From contig JAFZQJ010000027.1 of NCBI GenBank assembly GCA_017620395.1, forward strand, positions 82,331 through 146,330: a stretch of 64,000 bases of DNA, in the 5' to 3' direction. The notes beneath the pieces are model-generated. The model was not told the origin of the DNA, searched no databases, and worked only from the letters and a program-made list of their open reading frames with translations. Both the position numbers and the translations under genes were made by a program. Shown here piece after piece: positions 7,280 to 15,828 of the stretch. Position 1 is the stretch's first letter. Each line of letters begins with the position of its first letter. This DNA comes from Clostridia bacterium (GTDB lineage Bacteria; Bacillota; Clostridia; Oscillospirales; RGIG8002).

Positions 7280-10150
7280 TTATCTCACAAACTTGAGCGT
7301 GAGGATCTTCTTCGGCGCGATCTCGAAATCGACGAAGCCGTCCTTGCCGATCGCAAGCTCGGATTCGGGAAGCTCTTCGAGCGTTACGACGCTGCACTTG
7401 CTCCACATCCTGCCGTCGTAGGGAGGCAGATACCACTCCGCCGCTTCTCTCTCGCAGGGGGACTGGGGCGTCTCGATGGGAGCGCGTCCCTTGTTGAGGC
7501 GGATGGCGTTCTTGATCGTCTTGTCGGAGTAGTTGAAGAGTCTGACGACGTAGCCCTCCTCGTCCTCGCTCTGTTTTACGGCGCTGACGTTGAGGTTCTC
7601 TTCCTTCAGTTCGAGGAAGGAGTGGGTCATCGGGTTCTTGCCGCCGTCCTTCGGCGCGATCTGCGCGAGCGAAGGATCGAGGGTGAAGCGCTCGGACATC
7701 TGCCATACCTTCGCCTTCTCGTAATCGCCGGTGTAGGGGTAGAAGGCGTATTTGAAGGTGTGCTTGCCGAGGCACTGGGAGCCCTTGTCGATCTGGCTGT
7801 AATCCTGCATCGAGCAGACGCAGATGCGCAGCGGGAAGGCGCGCAGCAGCGTCAGGTACATCGTGCGGTCCTTGTCGGCGTCGTCGACTTCGTACGCTTT
7901 CAGGCCGAAGTTGAGCAGCGCGACGCCGTCCTTGCCGTCCTCCATCGTGACGAAGGAGTTCATCGGATGCTCGGTCATCGGCAGCTCGTCATAGAGCGAG
8001 TAGTCGAGCTTCGCGGTCTGGCGCTTGACAACGTCGAACTGTCCCTGGACGTAAACGCTGTCGCTCACTATGCCGGTGGGGAAGCCGACCTGCAGGTAGT
8101 GGTCTTCGGCGCGGTTGTTGACGGTTGTCTCTATGGCGACGTACTTCGCGCCCTTATGCAGCGTGATGACGCTGTCGATGGAAACGGGGACGAGGTGCGG
8201 ACTTCTCTTCTTGTCGCCTTCGGCGCGGGATTCCGGAAGCATCCAGTCGAGCGTGACTCTGAAGGAGGTTTCCAGCTTGCCGCTGCGGCAGACGGAGATG
8301 CGGGGCGATTCGGTGAGCGTCGTGAAGACCTCTTCCTGCTCGACGGTGAAGTGCTCCCACGGGTTCGCGATCTCGGAGGAATCCTTGAAGAAGCCGAGCC
8401 CCTTGAACTCTCTGCCGTTCTCCTTGTTGATGACGTTGAAGGTGCCGTTGGGGTTCATCGAAACGGCGAGGTATTCGTTCTCCATCGTCGTCGGGGAGGT
8501 GAGCATCGTTTCGGGAGTCTTCTGTCTCTCGCCGCCCTTGACGGTGACGAACTTCAGCGTCTTATAACCCATCGCGGGGATGTCGGAAACTTCGAGACGG
8601 ATCTCATACTGCTCGGTCGGGATGACGTTGGGCGAGTCGTGCATGAACTGGACGACCTGCTCGTTCTTGCGGTTGGTGGAAACGAGCTGATAGGCGAGCT
8701 CCTTGCCGTCCTCGTCGTAGATGTGGAACGCCTGGTTCTTGTCGCTCTTCGGGTTCGGGCGAAGCTCGACGCGGGCTTCGACGACCTCGGTGCGCTTGAA
8801 GGGCGCGGGGTTGTAGACTACGATGGCGCTGTCGTCCTCGGTGAAGCCCTCGAGCTTGATGTCGCCGGCTACGTCGATGAACGCGCGCTCATAGACGCAG
8901 CTGCTTATCTCGCGGGACTGCTTGAAACGCGCCATGACGTCGTCCGCGACGACGTCGCGGCTGCAGGCGCCGATGCTGTCGTGGCCGTGGTTCTGCAGCA
9001 GGTAGTTATACGCGAGCGCGATGAAGTTCTTCGGATACGCGGCTCCGCAGAACGCGGCGAAGACCGCGAGCGGCTCGGCGTAATAGGTCAGGTCGCGCTC
9101 GGTGCGGAAGTTGGACTGCTTGATATACATTCTCGCGGAGCAGACCCAGCCCATCAGCGGGGAAACGCTGCCCTTTGTCGCGGGGCGTCTCATCTCGCCC
9201 TTTATGAGCGTGGACTTGGGGTCGAAGTTCTCGATGACGGCGTCCTCAAACTCCTTGAGGGAGGAGAAGAAAACGTCGCATTCGGGGAGCTTGTCGTTGA
9301 GGTCCTTGACCATGCGGACTTCTCTGGCGTCCGGGAAGGAGGAGTCGTGGCTCTCGGACCAGAAGCGGTGATTGGTCGTCCATTCGCCGTCCTGCTCCTT
9401 GAGCGCGGCCTTGCCGGCGTCCTCGACTCTCTCGGTGAAGTATTTATAGAAAGGATGGGTATACTGCATATCCATCGGATGACGTTCGGAGTCGATGAAC
9501 TTGAATACGCCGTTGGTGCTGTCCCACTTAAAGATACGGTTGTTGACGTCCTCGACGTTGAAATACACCGGGCGGTGAACGACGTACCAGACGTTATAGC
9601 GCGGACGGGTGGCGAGACGGGAGGCGTAGATGCGCGTGCCGTCGGCGCCTTCCCAGAAGAACTCGGACTTGGGCGCGACGTAGGGGTTGAGTCCGCGGTA
9701 GAAGGAGGCGAAACGGATGCCGAAGCCGCTGTAGATCTGCGGCATCTGCGAGATCTGGCCCCAGCCGAAGGGGGAGTAGCCGGTCTTGCTGACCGCGCCC
9801 ATCTCCTTGCCGATCTTATGGCCGAGCAGCAGGTTGCGGATAAGGGATTCGCCGCCGACGCAGAACTCGTCCGGCAGGCAGAACCACGGGCCGATGGCTA
9901 TGCGGCCTTCGCGGACGTACTTCTGGAACTTTTCCTTCTTCTCGGGATAGACCTCAAGATAGTCCTGAACGGGCATCGTCTGCGAGTCGAGGTGGAAGTG
10001 CTTGTAGTCGGGATTCTTGTCAAGGATGTCGAAAAGCAGGTCGAGCATCTGGCCCAGCATGAACTGGGTGCGTCTGGCGGAGTAGCGCCATTCTCTGTCC
10101 CAATGGGTGTTGGGGATAAAGTGGCACTGGATCTTCTGATTCTTGTCCAT
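7280..10150 (-). CDS. Glycoside hydrolase family 38 alpha-mannosidase (cytoplasmic)
   Basis: 956-aa ORF. Its N-terminus HFIPNTHWDREW matches the GH38 metal-binding motif, and its size is typical of bacterial GH38 / MngB-like enzymes. No signal peptide is present. Confidence 0.85.
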   Translation of the reverse strand: MDKNQKIQCHFIPNTHWDREWRYSARRTQFMLGQMLDLLFDILDKNPDYKHFHLDSQTMPVQDYLEVYPEKKEKFQKYVREGRIAIGPWFCLPDEFCVGGESLIRNLLLGHKIGKEMGAVSKTGYSPFGWGQISQMPQIYSGFGIRFASFYRGLNPYVAPKSEFFWEGADGTRIYASRLATRPRYNVWYVVHRPVYFNVEDVNNRIFKWDSTNGVFKFIDSERHPMDMQYTHPFYKYFTERVEDAGKAALKEQDGEWTTNHRFWSESHDSSFPDAREVRMVKDLNDKLPECDVFFSSLKEFEDAVIENFDPKSTLIKGEMRRPATKGSVSPLMGWVCSARMYIKQSNFRTERDLTYYAEPLAVFAAFCGAAYPKNFIALAYNYLLQNHGHDSIGACSRDVVADDVMARFKQSREISSCVYERAFIDVAGDIKLEGFTEDDSAIVVYNPAPFKRTEVVEARVELRPNPKSDKNQAFHIYDEDGKELAYQLVSTNRKNEQVVQFMHDSPNVIPTEQYEIRLEVSDIPAMGYKTLKFVTVKGGERQKTPETMLTSPTTMENEYLAVSMNPNGTFNVINKENGREFKGLGFFKDSSEIANPWEHFTVEQEEVFTTLTESPRISVCRSGKLETSFRVTLDWMLPESRAEGDKKRSPHLVPVSIDSVITLHKGAKYVAIETTVNNRAEDHYLQVGFPTGIVSDSVYVQGQFDVVKRQTAKLDYSLYDELPMTEHPMNSFVTMEDGKDGVALLNFGLKAYEVDDADKDRTMYLTLLRAFPLRICVCSMQDYSQIDKGSQCLGKHTFKYAFYPYTGDYEKAKVWQMSERFTLDPSLAQIAPKDGGKNPMTHSFLELKEENLNVSAVKQSEDEEGYVVRLFNYSDKTIKNAIRLNKGRAPIETPQSPCEREAAEWYLPPYDGRMWSKCSVVTLEELPESELAIGKDGFVDFEIAPKKILTLKFVR

Positions 10151-10162
10151 GTTCGTTTCTCC

Positions 10163-11158
10163 TTATCCTTTGATTATGTTCATTATTTCGGCGAACGAAT
10201 CGGTGTAGTGCGAGCAGAGCGCTTTAGTGCCGCTGGATTCGATGTTGCCTCCGGAAATGCCGATGGTGGCGTAGCCCGCGAGTCTGATGGAGCAGGCGCC
10301 GGCGCCGCTGTCCTCGATGCCGACGACGTGAGCGCGGTCGGCGAAGGGGATGTTAAGACCGACGACGCAGGTCTCGGAGTAGAGCCACGGATGCGGCTTC
10401 GGCGAAAGCTCGCCGAGCGTTCCGACGCTGCCCTTGCGGAGCGGGAAGCCGGCGGAGATTATCGCGTCGTAGAAGTCCTTCGGATCGCCCATCTTCAGCG
10501 TCTTGAACGCGGAGAGGATCTCGGGCCACGCCTTTTCGTAGAGGCCGGAGGTGACGAGACCGATCTTCACGCCCATATCCTTTAATTCATAAAGGAAATC
10601 CTTGAGTCCCGGGGTGGGGACGAATGCGTTTTCTCTGCCGCGGCCTTCCATGATCTCCTGCATCTCCCTGTGGGTATGCTCGAAGTAGAAGTTTCTCGCG
10701 TCCTCGAGCTTCTTGTCGGGGCAGTACTTGTTGATGCAGTACTTAAGATGTTCCGAAACGCTGTGGCCGGAAACGTAGGGGAGGTCAGCCTCCTCGAGCT
10801 CGAACTTCGGATTGCCGAGCAGGCTCGCGACGGAAAGCTGTATGATCCAGATCCAGAACTCCTCGCTGCGGACGGAGGTTCCGTCAAGGTCCATAAGGAC
10901 CGCTTTCAGCGGGCGCTCGATGGATACGGGGTAAACGGGATAATAGACCGGGAACGCGATCGCGGATTTGACGCAGGCGAGAGTCTGGTTTCCGAAGGAA
11001 ACGAACTCGACCTTGCGGTCGCCGGTGGCGGCGATCTCCTCGACGCCGTTGACGCCGCGGGTGTAGCGTCCGTCGCTGGTCTGCTCCATTCTGATGAGAC
11101 CGGCGTCGGCGCCGAATGTTCCCAGATCGGGAAGAATAATGGGTTTGTTTTCGCTCAT
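10163..11158 (-). CDS. HAD-superfamily hydrolase/phosphatase with ~95-aa N-terminal extension of unknown function
   Basis: HAD motif I (LMDLDGT), motif II (LVTSG) and motif IV (GIEDSGAG) are present. The gene ends 12 nt upstream of the GH38 start, so the two are probably co-transcribed. The start is uncertain: ATG 11158 (MSENK), ATG 11170, or TTG 11206 as in the ORF track. Confidence 0.8.
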   Translation of the reverse strand: MSENKPIILPDLGTFGADAGLIRMEQTSDGRYTRGVNGVEEIAATGDRKVEFVSFGNQTLACVKSAIAFPVYYPVYPVSIERPLKAVLMDLDGTSVRSEEFWIWIIQLSVASLLGNPKFELEEADLPYVSGHSVSEHLKYCINKYCPDKKLEDARNFYFEHTHREMQEIMEGRGRENAFVPTPGLKDFLYELKDMGVKIGLVTSGLYEKAWPEILSAFKTLKMGDPKDFYDAIISAGFPLRKGSVGTLGELSPKPHPWLYSETCVVGLNIPFADRAHVVGIEDSGAGACSIRLAGYATIGISGGNIESSGTKALCSHYTDSFAEIMNIIKG

Positions 11159-11338
11159 AGGTTTTACCATCCTTTGCCGGAGTTGGCAGATTGTCCTTTT
11201 TATCAATCGGCCTTATATGGTAACTATTATAATTGTATGTTTGAAAAAAGTAAAGAGTGATTTTTACAAAATGTACGATTATTTTCAGTTTTTTTACCAA
11301 TATCTTGCGGTCGGGAGCGGTTTTTTGCCTCTATATCG

Positions 11339-11367
11339 TTGACAACCCCTTTTCGCTGTGTTAAAAT
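11339..11367 (+). promoter_or_regulatory. Sigma-A-type promoter of the dockerin-phosphoesterase gene
   Basis: TTGACA (11339-11344), a 17-nt spacer, then TGtTAAAAT with the -10 hexamer at 11362-11367. It lies 50 nt upstream of the ATG at 11417. Confidence 0.6.
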
Positions 11368-11416
11368 GTACGATAGTGTAAAAGGCGTATCATTGTTTTT
11401 GTAAAGGAGTATCGGT

Positions 11417-14185
11417 ATGAATTCGACAAAGAAAAGGATTTCGAGAATCGTATCCCTCGTCATTTGTATCGCTATGCTGACCGGTTTCGGAGTCGTTCGG
11501 TTTTCGCTCGACGCCTCCGCGGTTTCGCCTGTCAGAGTAGTGGGCGGCAAAGCGGTATCGACCTCGACCGGGGCGTTTATTCAGGCGTACATAGGTTCTG
11601 AAAAGGGCGTTTCCACACAGGTCAGCTTTTACGCCGCGACTCAGTTTGACGTTTTCGGTTTTTCCGCTTTTGACGGAGGAAATATCAGCAGCGTCAAGTC
11701 CGACCCGAGTGAAAGACACCTCGGCGGAGCGGACGGCGATTTTTACGTCACGTGGAGTACCGATCGCAGTCGGAATCCGTATCAGGCTTTTGAAGCTGAC
11801 GTGCGCGGTGCCGAAGGAGTCGTTATACTCGGCTATGAGGGGCGTCTCAACGCGTCTGATACGACCGGTACGATGATTATGCAGGTGTGGGATCCTTCGG
11901 CCGCGAGTTATGTGAAGATGGACGAAGCCGCCGCCGTCAACGGTTCGATTTCGCTTGTCGCCGAAGTCGGCGTTGCGGCTTACGCCGAGAATGGGCTCAT
12001 AAGATACAGAGTCGTTCTGCCGGAAAACGCCGCTTATAAATGGATATACACACGTAACGCAACCGCGGGGCAGGTCGATGAGTCTTTGCAGTACGGTACT
12101 ACCAAAACGAGGACCTCGCCCGGCAACACTTCCTATAACTACAAAGGAACGGTGACGTCCGACATGTGCTTCTGCGTGAAGACGCAGGTGGGCGATGACG
12201 CCGGTTATTCAATGGTTTTCCCGTTCGTCTCCGAGAACGTCGCGCAGAATCAGCTTTCTCACTTCAACGTCAACTTCAAAGACGACGCCGGAACGGCGAG
12301 AAATATGAGCTGGATGTCACAGAACGACCTTGCCGCAGCAGTCGTTCAGGTCGTGCCTTACGGAAAGCTGAACCCCGATTTTACCGACGCCGTAACGTAT
12401 ACCGGCGCAAAATCCAAACTGAAGAACGCGGAAAAGCCGTATTGCTTCTGCGTTACGGTCGACGGCCTTGAGCCCGGCGCCGAGTATTGGTACCGCTACG
12501 GCGACGGAGACAAGATCTGGTCGAATCCTTGCTATCTGCGCACCGACGACGGCGACGCTGACTTCGCGTTTATTATGGGAGGCGACCCGCAGTCGTACAC
12601 CGACAGCGAGGAAGAAGATAAAATCGAAAGGATTTTCGGTCAGTACCGGCAGGTCGCGAAGAGCTGGAACGAAGCTGTCCGTACCGTCGGCGCGGAATTC
12701 CTCGTCGTTTGCGGCGATGAAAGCGACCACGGTAACTATGAGAAGTGCTGGGAATGGTACTACGATACCAATAAAGCTTTCTACCGTAACTCTACTCTCG
12801 CGCCGACGATGGGCAACCACGACAGCTGGGGCTGGGATATGTGGATTGCGAATCACTTCCTTTCCGACCCCGATACCGGCGAACGCGGAAGTTACTGTTC
12901 GTTTGACTACGGCAACGCTCATTTCATTATCCTTAACGGCAACATAGCCGAGGCGAATAACAGAAAAGCGATGCTCGATAAGGAATACGCGTGGCTCATA
13001 AGAGATCTTGAAGCGCACAAAGACGCCGACTTCAAATTTATAATCGAGCATCAGGGTATGTATTCGTACCCGGTGCATACAAACGAAGCGGAGACGGTCG
13101 AAATACGTTCTTTGCTTGTTCCGATAATCGACGAATACGGCGTCGATATAATGATGCAGGGCCACGACCACATATGGCTCCGCACAAATTCGATGAAGGG
13201 CGGCGCGGACGTTTCCGGTCGGAATACTACGACCATAACGGACGCGGTGACCGGCGATACATATATCGTTGACCCTGAGGGAACGACGTACGTGAACGGC
13301 GGATCGCTTACCGGAAGTAAATACCACAACCCGAATCCGACGAACTTTCCCATCGTTAAGGTCGCCTGCGCCGCGCAGCCGAATCTCCCGACGTTCAACA
13401 CGATCGAAATAAAAGGCGGAAAGCTCATCTTCAAAGGATGGGTTTACAAGTCTGACGGTTCGCTCGCCAGAATCGGCGATTACTCGCACTACGGTAACTA
13501 CACCGACGGATACAGCATAGTCAAGACGTCGTATTACGACAAACTCAACGCCCGTATAAACGCGCTCCCCGACGAGCTGACGCTTGCCGACAGGGAAGAG
13601 GTGCTCGCGCTCAAAAAGGCGTGCGACGCCGAGAGCGAGACGTTCCTCAACGCTTACGTTCCGGACGCCGGAAAGCTCGCGGCCGCTTATGAAACCGTTG
13701 AGCAGCTGTATAATGATTCCTGCGTTCCCGTTATCACGATTGACGGGGAGATGCCCGGGGAGTTCAAAGTCGGAACGGAATACGTTTTCCCGACTGCGTC
13801 GGCTTATGACGAGAACGACGGCGATCTGCCCGTCTCGGTAACGCTTGCGAACGCCGAAGGCACCGTGACTCTCGACGGGCTGAACTACACCTTTGAGGAA
13901 GCCGGCGACTATGTGCTTACCTACTCCGCTACCGACAGCGACGGACATACGACGACGGAGACGTTTGCGATAACCGTTCAGCTCGGCGTAATGAAGGGAG
14001 ATATGGACGGCGACGGTGAAATATCCGTTTCCGACGCGCTTATTGCGCTCCGTATCGCCGCCAAGCTTGCCGAGGAGACGCCTGAAGCCGTTGCGATAGG
14101 CGACGCGGACGGAGACGGCGAGATAACGGTTTCGGACGCGTTGAGGATACTCCGCGTGGCCGCGAAACTCGCTGTTGAGGTGTAA
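11417..14185 (+). CDS. Secreted purple-acid-phosphatase-like metallophosphoesterase with Ig-like domain and C-terminal dockerin
   Basis: N-terminal signal peptide. Metallophosphoesterase motifs appear in canonical order: GGDPQ, CGDESDHGN, GNHD, then GHDH. A PAP-N-like segment (RNMSWMS...YWYRYGD) precedes them. The C-terminus carries a duplicated Ca-binding dockerin repeat. Confidence 0.85.
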   Translation: MNSTKKRISRIVSLVICIAMLTGFGVVRFSLDASAVSPVRVVGGKAVSTSTGAFIQAYIGSEKGVSTQVSFYAATQFDVFGFSAFDGGNISSVKSDPSERHLGGADGDFYVTWSTDRSRNPYQAFEADVRGAEGVVILGYEGRLNASDTTGTMIMQVWDPSAASYVKMDEAAAVNGSISLVAEVGVAAYAENGLIRYRVVLPENAAYKWIYTRNATAGQVDESLQYGTTKTRTSPGNTSYNYKGTVTSDMCFCVKTQVGDDAGYSMVFPFVSENVAQNQLSHFNVNFKDDAGTARNMSWMSQNDLAAAVVQVVPYGKLNPDFTDAVTYTGAKSKLKNAEKPYCFCVTVDGLEPGAEYWYRYGDGDKIWSNPCYLRTDDGDADFAFIMGGDPQSYTDSEEEDKIERIFGQYRQVAKSWNEAVRTVGAEFLVVCGDESDHGNYEKCWEWYYDTNKAFYRNSTLAPTMGNHDSWGWDMWIANHFLSDPDTGERGSYCSFDYGNAHFIILNGNIAEANNRKAMLDKEYAWLIRDLEAHKDADFKFIIEHQGMYSYPVHTNEAETVEIRSLLVPIIDEYGVDIMMQGHDHIWLRTNSMKGGADVSGRNTTTITDAVTGDTYIVDPEGTTYVNGGSLTGSKYHNPNPTNFPIVKVACAAQPNLPTFNTIEIKGGKLIFKGWVYKSDGSLARIGDYSHYGNYTDGYSIVKTSYYDKLNARINALPDELTLADREEVLALKKACDAESETFLNAYVPDAGKLAAAYETVEQLYNDSCVPVITIDGEMPGEFKVGTEYVFPTASAYDENDGDLPVSVTLANAEGTVTLDGLNYTFEEAGDYVLTYSATDSDGHTTTETFAITVQLGVMKGDMDGDGEISVSDALIALRIAAKLAEETPEAVAIGDADGDGEITVSDALRILRVAAKLAVEV
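13997..14182 (+). other. Dockerin module (two F-hand repeats)
   Basis: GDMDGDGEISVSDALIALRIAAKL is followed by GDADGDGEITVSDALRILRVAAKL, the D-x-D-x-D-G Ca-binding loops that characterise dockerins. Confidence 0.85.
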
Positions 14186-14278
14186 TAATCGCGAAATAGC
14201 AAAATTATGTAAAAATTATCTTGCAATTATCGCGTTTATGACTTAAAATAAAAATATACTGAAAATGGAGGAATGCAA

Positions 14279-14842
14279 ATGCTTTCAGCTGGAGATTTCA
14301 GAAACGGCGTAACCTTTGAACTGGACGGCGACGTAATGCAGGTCGTAGAGTTCCAGCACGTCAAGCCCGGAAAGGGCGCTGCCTTCGTGCGTACCAAGAT
14401 GAAGAACGTCATCACGGGAGCCGTCACCGAGCGCAGCTTCAACCCCACGGAGAAGTTTGAAAACGCCTACGTCGAGCGCAAGGATATGGAGTATCTTTAC
14501 AACGACGGCGACCTTTACTACTTCATGGACGGCGAGACCTACGAGCAGGTTCCAATCAGCAAGAACATACTTTCCGACAACTTCAAGTTTGTAAAGGAAA
14601 ATATGATATGCAAGATCGTTTCCTACAAAGGCAACGTTTTCTCCGTCGAGCCGCCGCTGTTCGTTGAGCTCGAGGTCACCGAGACCGAGCCCGGCGTCAA
14701 GGGCGACACCGCCACCAACGTCACCAAGCCCGCTACTCTCGAAACCGGCGCCGCGATCAAGGTGCCGCTGTTCATCAACGAGGGCGACGTTATCAAGATC
14801 GATACCAGAACGAGCGAATACCTGCAGCGCGTCCAGGGTTGA
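14279..14842 (+). CDS. efp: Elongation factor P
   Basis: The N-terminal sequence [44 protein letters not shown] is highly conserved in EF-P. GGAGG at 14267-14271 is 7 nt from ATG 14279, whereas the ORF-track ATG at 14273 is too close to the SD. Confidence 0.95.
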   Translation: MLSAGDFRNGVTFELDGDVMQVVEFQHVKPGKGAAFVRTKMKNVITGAVTERSFNPTEKFENAYVERKDMEYLYNDGDLYYFMDGETYEQVPISKNILSDNFKFVKENMICKIVSYKGNVFSVEPPLFVELEVTETEPGVKGDTATNVTKPATLETGAAIKVPLFINEGDVIKIDTRTSEYLQRVQG

Positions 14843-14892
14843 CGATTTGATTTCACAAGGTTACAATACTTGAAAATAAAGGAGCTATAATT

Positions 14893-15330
14893 ATGTCTGC
14901 TCAGGAAAAGATCGCATACATCAAAGGGCTTATGGAAGGTCTTGACTTAGATAAGGACAGCAAGGAAGCGAAGCTTTTCGCCGCCGTTGTTGACGCGCTC
15001 GACACTATAGCCGAGGACATCGAAGAAGTCAAGGACGACGTTTATGACCTCAACGAGTACGCCGAGGCTATGGACGAGGATCTCTATGACGTAGAAGAGG
15101 CGCTGTATGACGACGATGAATTCGAAGATTACTGCGAGTTCGATTGCCCCGAGTGCGGCGAGACCATCTGCCTCGATGAAGAGGACTTCGGCAAAGAGAG
15201 CATTTTCTGCCCCGCCTGCGGCAAGGAGATATTCCTTGACGACGTATGCGACGACGAGTGCGAGTGCGACTGCGACGAGTGCAAGGCAGAAGAAGAGCCG
15301 GAAGATAACACGGAAGAAAAGCCCGAATAA
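14893..15330 (+). CDS. Highly acidic zinc-ribbon protein (CPxCG...CPxCG), function unknown
   Basis: 145-aa ORF, very D/E-rich, containing CPECGETIC, CPACGKEI and a C-rich tail. It recalls the small acidic zinc-ribbon proteins common in Clostridia. Confidence 0.7.
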   Translation: MSAQEKIAYIKGLMEGLDLDKDSKEAKLFAAVVDALDTIAEDIEEVKDDVYDLNEYAEAMDEDLYDVEEALYDDDEFEDYCEFDCPECGETICLDEEDFGKESIFCPACGKEIFLDDVCDDECECDCDECKAEEEPEDNTEEKPE

Positions 15331-15353
15331 TACCATAACCGGTGAATGAGAAA

Positions 15354-15382
15354 GGCGGACGTCGCGAGGCGTCCGCCTTTTT
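15354..15382 (+). terminator. Rho-independent terminator after the efp/acidic-protein unit
   Basis: GGCGGACG pairs with CGTCCGCC and is followed by TTTTT. Confidence 0.8.
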
Positions 15383-15561
15383 GTCGCTTTCGCAAGATAT
15401 AGTGCCCGCCTGCGGCGATTCGGGCACAAATTGTGCAATCGTGATAATCGGCGACGGTTTTCAGCGGTTAAAAACGGCACTATTTACAACTTGTTTTTCT
15501 TGACGAATCAGCGCCGATGCTATAAAATAATAGTGTAATAAATACGCACGGAGGTTCCGGT

Positions 15562-15828
15562 ATGATCATCAAAGAAGCTGTCGTTAATAACAAAGTCGGA
15601 CTGCACGCCAGACCCGCAACGTTTTTCATTCAGAAATCCAACGAGTTCAAGGGCGACATCTGGATCGAAAAGGGCGACCGCCGCGCCAACGCCAAAAGCC
15701 TCCTCGGAGTGCTTTCGCTCGGAGTTCTCAGCGGCGAGACCGTGAAGATCAGCGCCGACGGAGTCGATGAAAAGCTCGCCGTCGATACGCTCGTTGAGCT
15801 CATCACGAACGGTCTGCAGAACTGTTAG
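15562..15828 (+). CDS. ptsH: Phosphocarrier protein HPr
   Basis: 88 aa. The active-site His lies in GLHARPA, and the regulatory Ser lies in NAKSLLGVLSLG. Confidence 0.93.
   Translation: MIIKEAVVNNKVGLHARPATFFIQKSNEFKGDIWIEKGDRRANAKSLLGVLSLGVLSGETVKISADGVDEKLAVDTLVELITNGLQNC

Noticed and set aside
7262-10585. 1107-aa ORF on the + strand spanning the whole GH38 gene and part of the HAD gene
   Set aside because: It is exactly antisense to two ORFs with clear family motifs. Its translation is low-complexity (runs of L/V/G/A/D/E/R) with no recognisable domain. This is the typical stop-codon-poor shadow frame of GC3-rich genes.
12317-13948. 543-aa minus-strand ORF inside the dockerin-phosphoesterase gene
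   Set aside because: It is an antisense shadow ORF with an R/V/G-rich, motif-less translation. The sense strand carries the full metallophosphoesterase motif set and a signal peptide.
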